DNA of 64,000 nt from Octopus sinensis (Eukaryota). The position numbers and the translations under genes are program-made. The DNA is taken from positions 1 to 64,000 of the forward strand of contig NW_021834241.1 in NCBI RefSeq assembly GCF_006345805.1, read 5' to 3'. The notes below the pieces were generated by a model. The model did not search any database and was not told the DNA's origin. It was given only the letters and a program-made list of their open reading frames with translations. Positions 48,959 through 62,394 of this stretch are shown here, one piece after another; the first letter of the stretch is position 1; the number at the start of each line of letters is the position of its first letter.

Positions 48959-49267
48959 TGATCACCGTGACCGACCAGGCTATCAGATGTTGCTACACAT
49001 CGCTGGTCACAATGTACTTTGCATTGTTTTATCCTTCAAATGATGCCCCCCCCCCTGCTGGCTAAGCAAGCAGGCCAACAGAAGAAAGAGTGAGAGAAAG
49101 TTGCGGCGAAAGAGTACAGCAGGGATCGCCACCACCCCCTGCCGGAGCCTTGTGGAGCTTTAGATGTTTACACTCAATAAACACACACAATGCCCGGTCT
49201 GGGAATCGAAACCATGATCCTACGACCGCAAGTCCGCTGCCCTAACCACTGGGCCATTGCCCTCCGC
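48959..49267 (-). mobile_element. SINE family B1, full length
   Basis: Reverse complement of 4258-4570. Confidence 0.87.
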
Positions 49268-50704
49268 ATATATATGTATGTAGGAGACCAAAAATGTATG
49301 TATGTACATATATATATGTATGTGTATATACATACACACATATGTGTCTGTTGTGTTTGTATTTGTACACTCTTCCATTTGACAACTGTTGTTGGTCTGT
49401 TTTCATAATCATAATTCAGTGACTCTATAAAGACCGACCAATAAAATAAGAACAAAACTCAAGAGCAAGTATTGGCATTGATCTGTTTGTCTATATATCC
49501 TTCAAGGTGGCACCCCAGCATGGCTGCTGTCCAATGACTGAATCGAGAGAAAGATAAATAGCTTAGTAAAGTGTCGTTCTATAACCTTCCTCAACCTCTC
49601 CTGCTTTATTGTTAAGCGGTTAATTGTTTAAGTCATTAAGTTTAATGGTACAGCACATGCAACTGGGGTTTGAGAGGTACAGGTTCAGTCCTCTGCAGCA
49701 GTTTACTATTCCTCAAGTTGGTGCCTCAGCATGGCCGCAGTCTGATGACTGAAACAAGTAAAAGGTCAACATGAATTCTAGAGTTCCCATCACCTCACTT
49801 GCTGTTTTGGCAGAAATGGTCAACAGTGCAAACAGTTTTTCACATTATGAGTGTTATTTTTCGCTTGATTAAAGATAATTTTGCATCATTATATTGAATA
49901 TATTAGTTCCACATTTTGGTACAAGGCCAGCAATTTTGGGTGAGAAGGTAAGTCGATAAAATCTACCCCAGTGATCAACTGGTACTTATTTTATTGTCTA
50001 TGAAAAGATGAAAGGCAACGTCGACTGCAATGATATTTAAACTCAGAACGTAAAGACAGATGAAAATTATATTGCATATATTAGTATCTCCTAACATACT
50101 TTATCTTTATCTTTATCTTTATCTTTATCTGGTTTCAGCTCACGAGCTGTGGCCATGCTGGGGCACCGCCATTCATGCTGGGGCACTGCCATTCTTAATG
50201 TATTTCTAGGCAAAATTGTCCTTTATCATTATTGAATGTGTTTGTTAAAGATCTGGAAGTATGGAGAGGTATGTTAAAGTTTTGGAAATATGGAAAAATA
50301 GATGATACTCAATTGTCATTAAGAACAAAAGTTTGATATAAATTTTTCCATAACCGAAGGTCTTGTAGCTTGTAATATTTGAACTATACGAAGAGTTCAA
50401 ATTTATCATATGCCACATATTTGTTTTAAATTTCCAGTTGTTTTCCTTATAGCTTGCCCAGACAGTTTAGTAAAACATGAGCAAATAAAAAATGTTTGCA
50501 AATATAAGATGTTTTTTTTAGTAGTCCTTCCTCGAAATTATATATCTAAACTTCATGTATCTTTTATCTTTTGTTGCAGCTATGGTGATGTGCTGCCTTG
50601 AAGAGTTTCGTCAAACCTCTGAGTTACAAAGACAGAAACAAAGCAACACCAGTTGTTGAGTAATGGTGGGAGAAACTCACAAATACAAAGACACACACAT
50701 ATGT

Positions 50705-51040
50705 ATGTATGGCACTGGCACACTGTCGGTTATGATGACAAAGGTTTCGGTTGATCCAATCAATGGAACAACCTGCTTGTGAAATTACCATGCAAGTGGC
50801 TGAGTACTCCACAGACATGTGTATGCTTAACATAGTTCACAGGGGGAATCAACGTGACACAGAGTGTGACAAGGCTGGCCCTTTGAAATACAGGTACTAA
50901 TCTGTTTTGGCCAGCTAAGTGCACTGGAGTAATGTGAAGTAAAGTGTCTTGTTCAAGGATACGATGTGTTGCTGGGAATTGAACTCACGGCCTTATGATC
51001 ATGAGCTGAATACTCTAAGCACTAAGCCACAGGCCTTCGC
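50705..51040 (-). mobile_element. SINE with family C-type head and B2-type 3' tail
   Basis: Head gaaggcctgtggcttagtgcttagag; the tail tacctgtatttcaaaggg...gtggagtactcagccacttg is shared with 62006-62200. Confidence 0.75.
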
Positions 51041-52101
51041 ACTCATATAGACCACACACAGACACACACGTACTTTCAGTTTCTGTCTACCAAATCCACT
51101 CACAAGGTTTTGCTTGGACTGAGCTTATGGCGGTGCCCCAGCATGGCCACAGCTCGTGAGCTGAAACAAGATAAAATTTAAAAAAAAAAAAGCAGGGTTT
51201 TTTTTTCTTTATCAATAAAAGTCAAATCTATATGATGACAATTGTAAAGCTATTTTTTTTTTATTATTATCTTGATTTGTACTTTTATTTTGAATACTTT
51301 GCAATTATTTTCCTATTTTCACAATAGTTTCTCACAAATAAAAAGACTGGACTATTACTGAGGTATTTACAACCACATCTCTAAAAATGATGGGAAAACA
51401 TATATTTGATTCCAATCAGAGGAAACCTATTTGATTTTCCTACATAGGCATCAGGTCTCCATGCTGGATAATATAGCATTTCAGATTGCCATCAGACCAA
51501 CATAATTTCAATGCAATCCGAACTAGTTTTAAGCGTCACTTGTGACCATGATGCATTTTTCCCAAGTAAATACCATATATGAAACAAAGAGCTATCTTCC
51601 TTGTACAAGCCTCAGGCTTCCTCTCTCAGTGGATGTATTAAGTTGTTATTATCATCGGATGAGTTTTGGTGGCGGAAGACTTTAACTATAGACAACTGTT
51701 AGGATCACCAGAACGCTTATAACATCACTTTGCAGAATACATTTTTCCCCCTAATATATTCAGAGATATAAAAGATGAAGGATTGATACCATGCTATCAA
51801 AAGTGGGTAAATTTCAATATTTTCTGTCAAAGCATTCTAAATGCATAATTGCATGTAAGAAAACCAATTTCTCTTAACCAGATACATCCAATTTTTGTCT
51901 GGGTTTAGTAGAGTCAATCAATCACTGGCTCTATATGGTTATTTTATCTGTTAGAAATAGCAGCCAAGTCTCCCTCAACTGACACCCTAATATCTTAATG
52001 TATCAGTATGCTGACACATTGAACAGAGAAATCTTAGATATATGAATAAGCTCTGTAAAAGCACATGGTCTAATGTACATGGCTTTTGACTTATGATCAA
52101 A

Positions 52102-52275
52102 AGGCACACGCTTAGCTGTGTGGTAGGATGCTTGCTTCCCAACCACCTGGTTCTAGGTTCAGTCCCACTGTGTGGCACCTTGGGGAAGTGTCTTCTACAA
52201 CAGCCTTGGGCCGACCAAAGCCTTGTGAGTGGATTTGGTAGATGGAAACTGAAAGAAGCCCATTGTATATATCTA
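52102..52275 (+). mobile_element. SINE family A, 5' half
   Basis: Left arm ending at the central microsatellite. Confidence 0.8.
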
Positions 52276-53151
52276 TATAAATAAAACAAAGTTTATGTGT
52301 GCATGTGCGTGCGTGCGTGCGTGTGTGTGTGCGTGTGTGTGTATGTGTTTGTGTGTGTGTGTGCATGTGTGTATGTTCCTTATGGATTCGAAAACTCAGT
52401 TGCCAATTTCAACGTATGAGGTATCTAAAGATTCGGTAATCTTTCGGCTACCAAATAAAGTATGTTTTTTGCACAAATCTTTTTTACTACAAAAATAACC
52501 TCATAAACGAGGTTGGGCTGCATAATTTTGAAGTCTTTTGCTAAGGGAGGTAACTCTGCCTGAACAATCTTTGTCTTAGAGCATAATGAGAAAATGTTTA
52601 AAATACATGGAGTTTTACCAAGAAATAAAACTTTGAACATATACCTTCAACTTAATTAGTATTATTTAGTAGATAATATTTTAATGTGAAGTATGTTTAT
52701 CATGGTTTTGTTTATCTCAGATGTAGCAGACCCATCGCATAGTCTTGTTTTCTTCTTGAAATACTGTAAACCTGTGTCGCCGGAAATAAACTGCGTCACA
52801 GCAGTAGTTTTGAAAAGTTAGGAATATACAAACTGCTAGTTTACATGTGAATCAAGTTGTGTGTATATTTGAAATCTAAAGGCTCCCTACTGATGAAAAC
52901 TAGCCTCAATAAATATTTTTTTACTGGAATGAGTTAGAAATCATGGTCTAGGAACTAAATTTGATGGTAAACGTTTTTAATTTTCAATCCTCTTGAGAAT
53001 TTATCCCTAATTAGTGGTTTGAGTTTTATACTGCTCTTTCTAGCACAAGGCTTTCCTGTTTGGAAGCCTCTTAATGTGTCTTAATGTACACGATATTTTT
53101 ACATCTCATCTATATATATCATCCATATATATAAATATATATATATATATT

Positions 53152-53213
<62 letters not shown>

Positions 53214-54102
53214 TACATATACACACATATATATATGTATGTATATATATGTGTGTATATATATTTATTATATGATGGGCCTCTTTTGGTTTCTATCTAT
53301 CAAATTTATTCACAATGCTTTAGTTGAGCCGGAGCTATAGAAGAAGGCACTTAATCAACATGTCACACTCACAAAGCTTTGGTCAGCCCGAGGCTATAGT
53401 AGAGGGCACATGCCCAAAGTGACATGCAGTGGGACTGAACCTAGAACCATGTGCTTGGGAAGCAAACCTCTAACATCTCAACCATGTTTGCCCATATAAG
53501 TAATATTATTTTAATCATTTTCATAAATTTGGAAGAAATAACTACTTGATGTAAAATCCAAACAATTCCTCCAGAGGTGTGGAATAGCATGGGTGATGGA
53601 AACAATTAGTTTAAGGGCTTATTATCTGCTTATTACACTTGTTAATTAAAAGGAATGGGTGCAAAAAGACCTTTGTTACTGGATGTTGAGAACCTTTGCA
53701 ATGCTACTCCTGAGTATATACTGTATTTTGGGTGAAGAAATGGTTCAGTTAATCTTGGAACTGAAAATCTGAAGAGAGAAAAAGTAAATTCTATAAGTAA
53801 GTTTGTGTTAACATATTTAATGCAGGAACATGACTAATCCAATTAAATGTAATTATGTGGCGTGGAAAAGATGTGGTATTAATGATTAATATTATTCTCA
53901 TAATTTCAGAAAGTATGGGAATCAACTCTGGTAATGTTTTAGATTATTTGAACTCATCAGTGAAGCAAAGACATCACCATGCTAAGTAAACAAACTAATA
54001 TTGAGAGAATCATTAAGTACATACATACATATGTGACCGCGTGTGTACCGTTGACGATTTTTTTCCTCCATCTTCCCTTTCTTGGATCTTTCCTTTTCCT
54101 AT

Positions 54103-54137
54103 GTTTCTGATGAAGAGCTCCACTCGAAACGTTAAAT
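54103..54137 (+). ncRNA. Minimal type-I hammerhead motif within a PLE-like repeat (about 54031-54186)
   Basis: GUUU CUGAUGA A GAG-CUCCA-CUC GAA ACGU U AAAU; same family as 45385-45612. Confidence 0.72.
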
Positions 54138-54208
54138 CCTCCTTCTTTCTTTCCTTTCCTGAGCGTCCAATAACACTATACTTTGCATACATACATACAT
54201 ACATACGT

Positions 54209-54515
54209 AGGTGCAGGAGTGGCTGTGTGGTAAATAGCTTGCTTACCAACCATATGGTTCCAGATTCAGCCCCACTGCATCGCACCTTGGACAAGTGTAT
54301 TCTACTATTGCCTCAGGCTGACCAAAGCCTTGTGAGTGGATTTGGTAGATGGAAGCTCTCTGTGTGTGTGTGAGTGTGTGTGTGTGTGTTTGCGTGTCTG
54401 TGTTTGTCCCCCACTATCATTTGACAACTGATGCTGGTGTGTTCATAACAGCGGTTTGGCAAACTGGAACGATAGAGTAAGTACCATGCTTACAAAGTCA
54501 AGTGACTGAAGTGAG
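54209..54515 (+). mobile_element. SINE family A (older, with deletions)
   Basis: Head and right arm recognisable. Confidence 0.78.
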
Positions 54516-54592
54516 TAATAGAATATATATATATTACGTATATGTGTGTGTGTGCATATACATATGTGTATAAATACTTATATATATATACG

Positions 54593-54647
<55 letters not shown>

Positions 54648-54652
54648 CATAC

Positions 54653-54705
<53 letters not shown>

Positions 54706-55319
54706 ATATAAATAGGAATAAAAGCTAGAATATTTAAAGAAAAATATATTCACCATGAAATTACAGAAGAAATCATCTGAATATTTCTTTCATCAAAAGC
54801 TAAATCTTTTCAATGATCTTCTTATTAATATTATTGTGCGGAAATTGACCTACTATGAGTTCAAGACTGTGGGTTTTGCCCCTTCCTCTCAAGGTTAAAT
54901 AAGAGGAAATAAATTACAGAATCCTCCCAACGCAAAGTGATTTAAGAATGATTGTGGCGGGTACATCCCACCCCACAATACACAAACAGATGTACACAAT
55001 CATATACACAGGCACACACACACACTCACACATGTGCACATATATACATATATGCACATAATAGTTTTATACATGCAGGCAGCAGAATATATAGGCATGC
55101 GTTTGCCTGAGCTTGAGTGTGTGTCTGTGTGTGCATGCATATTATATGCGCGTGCACACACACACACACACACACACATACACACACATATATATATACA
55201 TATATAAACCTATGCATACATGAAATGAGGTTTATTTGTTTGTACAATGAAGAAACAAATTAAAATTTCAAACAATGTTAATGGGAAATTTGATATTGTT
55301 TATGTTAATGGCACTCGTG

Positions 55320-55332
55320 ATAATGATAAAAG

Positions 55333-55393
<61 letters not shown>

Positions 55394-55413
55394 GGTGGTG
55401 GTGGTGGTGGTGG

Positions 55414-55480
<67 letters not shown>

Positions 55481-56104
55481 GGTGGTGGTGGTGGTGGTGA
55501 TGATGATGATAATGGTGGTGATTGTGATGATGATGATGATGATGAGGACGATGATGATGATGGTGGTGGTGATGATGATGATGATGATGATGACGATGAC
55601 GACGACGATGATGATGTTGATGATGATAATGGTGATGGTGATGATGATGATGTTGATGATAAGGAGGAGAGATGATGATTAGGATGTTAATGATGATGAC
55701 GATGATGATGGTTGTTGGTGCTGGAGATGGTGTTCCTTGTGATGAAGATGATGGTGGCAGTGGCGGTGAAGATGGTGGTGGCAGATATTAATGGCACCAA
55801 TGCAGGTTTCATTGCAATTGCAGCAATTGGATCTTCTCTTATTTTTTTTTGATCATGATGATAACGAGTACGATAAAAATGATGACAGCGATAGCGAATG
55901 ATGGCAACGATAACAATGATAACAACCTTGACAATAGCTGCTACTACTTGATCAAGACGATGACCATGACGATGATCATGATGTTGATGATGATGATGAT
56001 GATGATGATATGATGATGATGATGATGATGATGTTGATGCTGATAATGATGTTGATGATGATGATGACGACGATGACAATGATAATAACAAAAAAGACGA
56101 TGAC

Positions 56105-56144
<40 letters not shown>

Positions 56145-56285
56145 TTGATGATGATGATGATGATGATGATGTTGATGATGATGATGATGATGATGATGAT
56201 GTTGATGATGATGATGATGATGACGATGACAATGATAATAACAAAAAAGACGATGATGATGATGAGGATGATGATGATGATGATA
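55320..56285. repeat. (GAT)n/(GGT)n compound trinucleotide repeats
   Basis: Directly visible. Confidence 0.95.
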
Positions 56286-56384
56286 AAAAAAATAAAAAGA
56301 AAGCAATGCAAAGGACAAGCAGAGAAGTGAAATAAAGGAAAATAATACATATGTATGTTTGTATGGACATATATATACATATAT

Positions 56385-56436
<52 letters not shown>

Positions 56437-56643
56437 GTATACAGATACATATATATATATGTATATAATATGAATTCTTATTTCCAGTTTCTATCGTTTG
56501 TCCAAACTCGAGTGAGTAACCAATGGCAGCACACTACCTTATCAGAGTTTCTCCATCTCAAAAATCAAAGGAATTCCAATCAAAAGCCAACCAACGATAA
56601 ATAATTGTGAAAAATACCATTAACTGAAACACCAAACACACAC

Positions 56644-56674
<31 letters not shown>

Positions 56675-57469
56675 TGCACACATACTTCCCTGCTTTCCTA
56701 CACTTTTAGACAAGCAATTTTTTTTTTTTTTAGCGATATCGGAAAACCCTCTTCTTTTTCTTCATTCGGTTTCCCATGTGTTCTGATTTTGTTTTTGGTT
56801 TGTTTGGTTGTTTGTCTTTTTTTTCTTTTTTTTTTTTGTTCTTGTTTCTTGTTGTCCTTGTTTTTGATTTTTATATTTAAAAAAATTTTATTGCCTCTGT
56901 TAGCTTCTGTTCTTATTGTTGAGCGTTTGTGAGTTTGGCGAATTGGCTGGCTGGCTGGCTGGCTGGCAGGCTGGCAGGTTGGCTTGGAGAGAAAGGAGAG
57001 AGGGAGGGAGGGAGGTAAGTTTAGAAGATTATTGATGGTTTATCAATGGATAACAGAAGAAAAAATCAAAACAACAATACCATAAAACGTTTGTTTTCAT
57101 TTCATTTCATTTTATATCATTTTATTTTATTTTACTTTATTTTATTTACTTATTTACTTATTTATTTATTTATTTTTTTAAAAGAAATTGATGACGAGAT
57201 TGAGAGAAGTTGTCAAGGAGATATGCAATAATCCCAGTCAGTATGCAAAATCAAGCATGATGGTGATAATAATTAGGATATTGATGATCATGGTGATGAT
57301 TATTTTATTTGTAATAAAAGCAGTTTAAAAGACAATGTTATAATACACTAGAGTACAGTACGAGGCATTGAAATATATAAACATGCTATGAAGTGAGACT
57401 TTCATCACAAGTGTGTACACAACTACCTATCTATATCCATTACTATATTAGTTAAACACACACAGCTAT

Positions 57470-57513
57470 ATGCATGTGTGTGTGTTTGTGTGTATACATA
57501 CACACATACACAC

Positions 57514-57576
<63 letters not shown>

Positions 57577-57602
57577 CATACATATATATATATATATATG
57601 TG

Positions 57603-57655
<53 letters not shown>

Positions 57656-57787
57656 GTATATATGTATGTATATATATACATATATATATATGTATATATA
57701 TATACATATATATATGTGTATATATATATACATATATATATGTGTATATATATATATACATATATATATATGTATATATATATATAC

Positions 57788-57818
<31 letters not shown>

Positions 57819-57947
57819 TACATATATATGTATATATATATACATATATATATATGTATATATATATATATACATATATATATATGTATATATATATACA
57901 TATATACATATATATACATATATATATATATGTATATATATACATAT

Positions 57948-57978
<31 letters not shown>

Positions 57979-57987
57979 ATATGTATG

Positions 57988-58028
<41 letters not shown>
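57470..58028. repeat. Long (TA)n/(TATG/TACA) microsatellite
   Basis: Directly visible. Confidence 0.95.
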
Positions 58029-58029
<1 letters not shown>

Positions 58030-58031
<2 letters not shown>

Positions 58032-58316
58032 CATCATCATAATCATTATCATCATCATTTAACATCTGCTTTCCATGCCTGCATGTGTTGGACGATTTGA
58101 CTGAGGACTGGTGAACCAGATGGCTGCACCAGGCTCCAATCTTGATCTGGCAGAGTTTTTATGGCTGGATGCCCTTCCTAATGCCAACCACGCCAAGAGT
58201 GTAGTGGGTGCTTTTACATGCCACCAACACGGGGGCCAGTTAAGCGGTACTGGCAACGACCTCGCTCGAATAGTGTTTTTTACATGCCACCTGGACAGGT
58301 GCCAGTCCAGTGGCAC
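58030..58316 (-). mobile_element. 5'-truncated RTE LINE 3' end (family D)
   Basis: Diverged match. Confidence 0.8.
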
Positions 58317-58379
58317 TATTTTTATATATATATATGTATGTATGTATGCATGAATGTATGCATGTATGTTTGCATATAG

Positions 58380-58532
58380 ATGGAGGTATGACTGTATGGT
58401 AGGAAGTTTGCTTCAGAGCCACATGGCTCTGGGTTCAGTCCCACTGTGTGGCACCTTATGCAAGTGTCTTCTACCACAGCCTCAGGATGACCAAAGCCTT
58501 GTGAATAGTGGAATTGGTAGACAGTAACTGGA

Positions 58533-58571
<39 letters not shown>

Positions 58572-58800
58572 GTGTGTGTGTGAATGTAGCTTTGTGTATG
58601 CGTTTGTCCCAAACCTCTGCTTGACATCCAGTGTTGGTTTGTTTACGCTCCCACTTCCTAGTAGTTCAACCAAAGTGACTGACAGAATAAGTTCCACACT
58701 GGAACTAAATAAGTAATGGGGTGAGTTTCTTCAACTAAACCCCTCAAGGTGGTACCCCAACATTGCTGCACTCCAGTGACTGAAACAAGTAAGAGATAAA
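58380..58800 (+). mobile_element. Old SINE family A copy
   Basis: Diverged but colinear from head to tail. Confidence 0.7.
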
Positions 58801-59282
58801 ATTAGGACAATTTTGGTCGTATTAAATTCTCTACCGAAGTGAGGCACGATAACCTTGCTACCTCCTCGTAATAAAAAAAAAAATTAAAAAAAGACAAATA
58901 GGTAAAAAAAAAAATTGAAGGGTCTCTAATAAACCAGACTCTCAGTCCTCAAAAAAAAAACCCTCCACAAAGAGTGAGGATTTCATCCAAGGGGTATTAC
59001 ATATTAGATCCGGTGAGAAATATTGAATAGAAAATCCCTTCCATATCAAGGTTTTAGTCAAATCAGAGGACCACTTATGTACCTGGAGTGGAAATGGCCC
59101 GTTATCCACCCCAGGGGAAGGTATATCATCGGCCAAACATGGAGGGGCAGCACCCTCGGCCTGGCATATATAATAATAATATCAAAGGGTAATCAGAAAT
59201 ATTAGAAATTTCCATTACCAGTGGCCTAGTGTGTAAAAATTTAAGCCAATAGATTATATGAATCACACACATATAGTTATCA

Positions 59283-59470
59283 GAGGATGTGCAGATTAGT
59301 TACGGTTTAGTTCTGTCCATTATAGCTAAAGATTTGGGTATGAGACATGTGTCTGCTAAGTTTGTCCCAAAACTACTTTCAGCTGACCAAAGAAATACTT
59401 GGGTTTCAGTTGCATAAGATCTCCTTGATTGTGCGAAGAGCAACAAAAACTTTTTGATAACTTTGTGTAG
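59283..59470 (+). mobile_element. Mariner transposase fragment
   Basis: EDVQISYGLVLSIIAKDLGMRHVSAKFVPKLLSADQRNTWVSVA*DLLDCAKSNKNFL matches the mariner linker motif LGMRRVSAKFVP.LL. Confidence 0.85.
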
Positions 59471-59729
59471 GCCTCTAATCAGGTACCACCAAGATTCTCT
59501 GCTCAACTTTCTCTCTTATGGTCAATGCAATGATCACACACTACACACCTTCCTTCCAAGCACTGCTGTAAGCAGCAGAAGTGAACTAGAACGTTAAAAC
59601 TTAGTGTGCATACACAGCAAAATTCAAGGTCAACCTGTACCAAGCAGCTTTATTCTCCGTGCTTTAGCTTCATTACTATAGCAACAGTCCGCATACTTAT
59701 TGATCAGACCACATATATATATATATATA

Positions 59730-60140
59730 TTATCTTTTGCTTGCTTCAGTCATTAGGCTGTGGCTATGCTGGGGCACCACCTTGAAGGGTTTTAGCCAAA
59801 TGAATTGACCCCCAGTTTTTGCTTTTTTGAAGTTTCATACTTATTCTATTGGTTTCTTTTGCCAAACTGCTAAATTATTGGGATATAAACAAACCACCAC
59901 CAGTTGTGAAGCAGCGGTGGGAGACGAACACAAAGACACAGACATAGACACAAACACACACACACATACATGCATATATATATATATACACAACAGGTTT
60001 CTGTAGGTGAATTTGGGAATCTACACACAAGTCTTTGGTCAGCCCAGAGCTATAGTAGAAAACACATGCCCAAGATGTCACAAAATGGGACTAAACAAAG
60101 AACCAGGTGGCTAGGATAGCCAAAGTCTTACCCCACAGCC
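59730..60140 (-). mobile_element. Old SINE family A copy
   Basis: Diverged reverse-complement match. Confidence 0.7.
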
Positions 60141-60571
60141 ATCCTTGTACCTATAGGCTTCCTGGATTGTAAGGTCTGAAGAAAATTTAAATTTGGCATA
60201 TTTTGTGAAAAGGCAAAACAGAAACCAATTGTTTTTCTTTCTGACACTTTGGAATAAGCAACCTGTATTGTAAACTTGGCTTGCAACCTTACAGCTGTGT
60301 GTTCAATTCCTGGTGGTGTATTGTGTTCTTGAGCAAGACCATTTTTCTCATGTTGCTCTTGTTGAGTCAACTCAGCTGGCAAAAGTCAGTCATACCTGTA
60401 TATCAAAGTTGCCAATCTTGTCACAGTCCATGTCACACTGAATCTCCTTGAGAACTACATTAAAGGTATGTGGAGCACTCAATGACTTGCACATTAGTTT
60501 CACTTGCAGCCTGTTCTATTGATTGGATCACCTGGAACCCTCATCGTCATAGTCAACAAAGTAAGAAAGGT

Positions 60572-60905
60572 TAAAGACACCCTTTGGTCATGAATGACCA
60601 TAGGATTGCACCTAGTAAGTTACCCTTCAGGATACAAGTCCAGGTAAGGCTGTTTGTGAAAGACCAGCAGTCGCCAATGTACACTATACTCCCCGCTCCT
60701 TGCCACTGATGTTATTCAAGGGAAAGGTGAAGATCGATGCAGCTTGGCACCTGTGACGTCGCAACTCATTTCTACAACTGAGTGAACTGGAGCAACGTGA
60801 AATAAAGTATCTTGCTGAAGAACACTACACACATCCCAGTCTAGGATTCGAACTCACAACCTCATGATTGTGAACTCAATGCTCTAACCACTGAGTCATG
60901 CACCT
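60572..60905 (-). mobile_element. SINE family C, full length (diverged)
   Basis: Reverse complement of 6551-6887. Confidence 0.8.
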
Positions 60906-60990
60906 CTACTGACCAATGGAGTGCTGGTCTACTAATAGAATAATTTTAATTCAGAAGACTGTGTTTGGTTTATGCATCAACTCATCATTA

Positions 60991-61207
60991 CTCTTTACTC
61001 TTTTTACTCTTTTACTTGTTTCAGTCATTTGACTGCAGCCATGCTGGAGCACTGCCTTTAGTCGATCAAATCGACCCCGGGACTTATTCTTTGTAAGCCC
61101 AGTACTTATTCTATTGGTCTCTTTTGCAGAACCGCTAAGTGACGGGTACGTAAACACACCAGCATTGGTTGTCAAGCAATGCTAGGGGGACAAACACAGA
61201 CACACAA

Positions 61208-61272
<65 letters not shown>

Positions 61273-61445
61273 GCATATATACGACAGGCTTCTTTCAGTT
61301 TCCGTCTACCAAATCCACTCACAAGGCATTGGTCAGCCCGAGACTATAGCAGAAGACACTTGCCCAAGATGTCCCGCAGTGGGACTGAACCCGGAACCAT
61401 ATGGTTGGTTAGCAAGCTACTTACCACACAGCCACTCCTGCGCCT
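60991..61445 (-). mobile_element. SINE family A, full length
   Basis: Reverse-complement consensus match. Confidence 0.92.
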
Positions 61446-62005
61446 AGTTCATAAATAAGTAACATGTTTATTGTTATTTGCACTGAAGTTTACACACTCT
61501 ATTTTCAATTTCCTCCTTATTTATTTTGAGCAGGCAGAATCATTAGGAAGCCACACAAAATTCTCAGTGGCGTCTCTTCTAGCTTTACTTTCAGAGTATA
61601 CTTACATACACATATATATTCTTTTTATTATAAACATTCTTTTATTATACATACATATTCTTTTTATATATATCCATTCTGTTTATCCTGTTTTCAAATT
61701 CCTCATTTATTATTTCTGCCTGAGTATCCACATAAGCTGGACCATCTGGGATTTCTTATATTGCTTCTAGGTTGTATGGGTATTTAGTGTTAAAATGCTG
61801 AAATGATCTTGCCAAGACTGAAGTACCTCAGCTGTGTTGAAATGCATGTTACTGCCTTTATCTTCCATTGCACTCTATGTTTTTTTTTCTTTCCTGCTGT
61901 TTCCATCCTTCTCATAAACTGACATGATAAATCATAAATCTTCCATCAGTAGAGATGATGCCATCGGTCTTGAAGTACTAAAAGCTGGTGAAGATTACAC
62001 ATAAT

Positions 62006-62394
62006 GGATGGAAGCACTCCGTCGGTTACAACGACGAGGGTTCCGGTTGAACCGAATCAACGGAACAGCCTGCTCGTGAAATTAACGTGTAAGTGGCTGA
62101 GCACTCCACAGACACGTGTACCCTTAACGTAGTTCTCAGGGATATTCAGCGTGACACAGAGAGTGACAAGGCCGGCCCTTTGAAATACAGGTACAACAGA
62201 AACAGGAAGTAAGAGTGAGAGAAAGTTGTGGTGAAAGAGTACAGCAGGGATCACCACCATCCCCCGCTGGAGCCTCATGGAGCTTTAGGTGTTTTCGCTC
62301 AGTAAACACTCACAACGCCCGGTCTGGGAATTGAAACCGCGATCCTATGACCGCGAGTCCGCTGCCCTAACCACTGGGCCATTGCACCTCCACA
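62006..62394 (-). mobile_element. SINE family B2 (B-type head, alternative 3' tail) with a 15-bp target site duplication
   Basis: TSD aagattacacataat at 61991-62005 and 62395-62409; head ggaggtgcaatggcccagtggttagggcagcg. Confidence 0.92.

Noticed and set aside
390-58100. Numerous long ORFs rich in YI, CV, HT, D, S or M
   Set aside because: They are translations of di-, tri- and tetranucleotide microsatellites or SINE bodies, with no domain content.
58830-59240. Moderately GC-rich non-repetitive stretch before the mariner fragment
   Set aside because: No termini, motif or convincing translation could be assigned.
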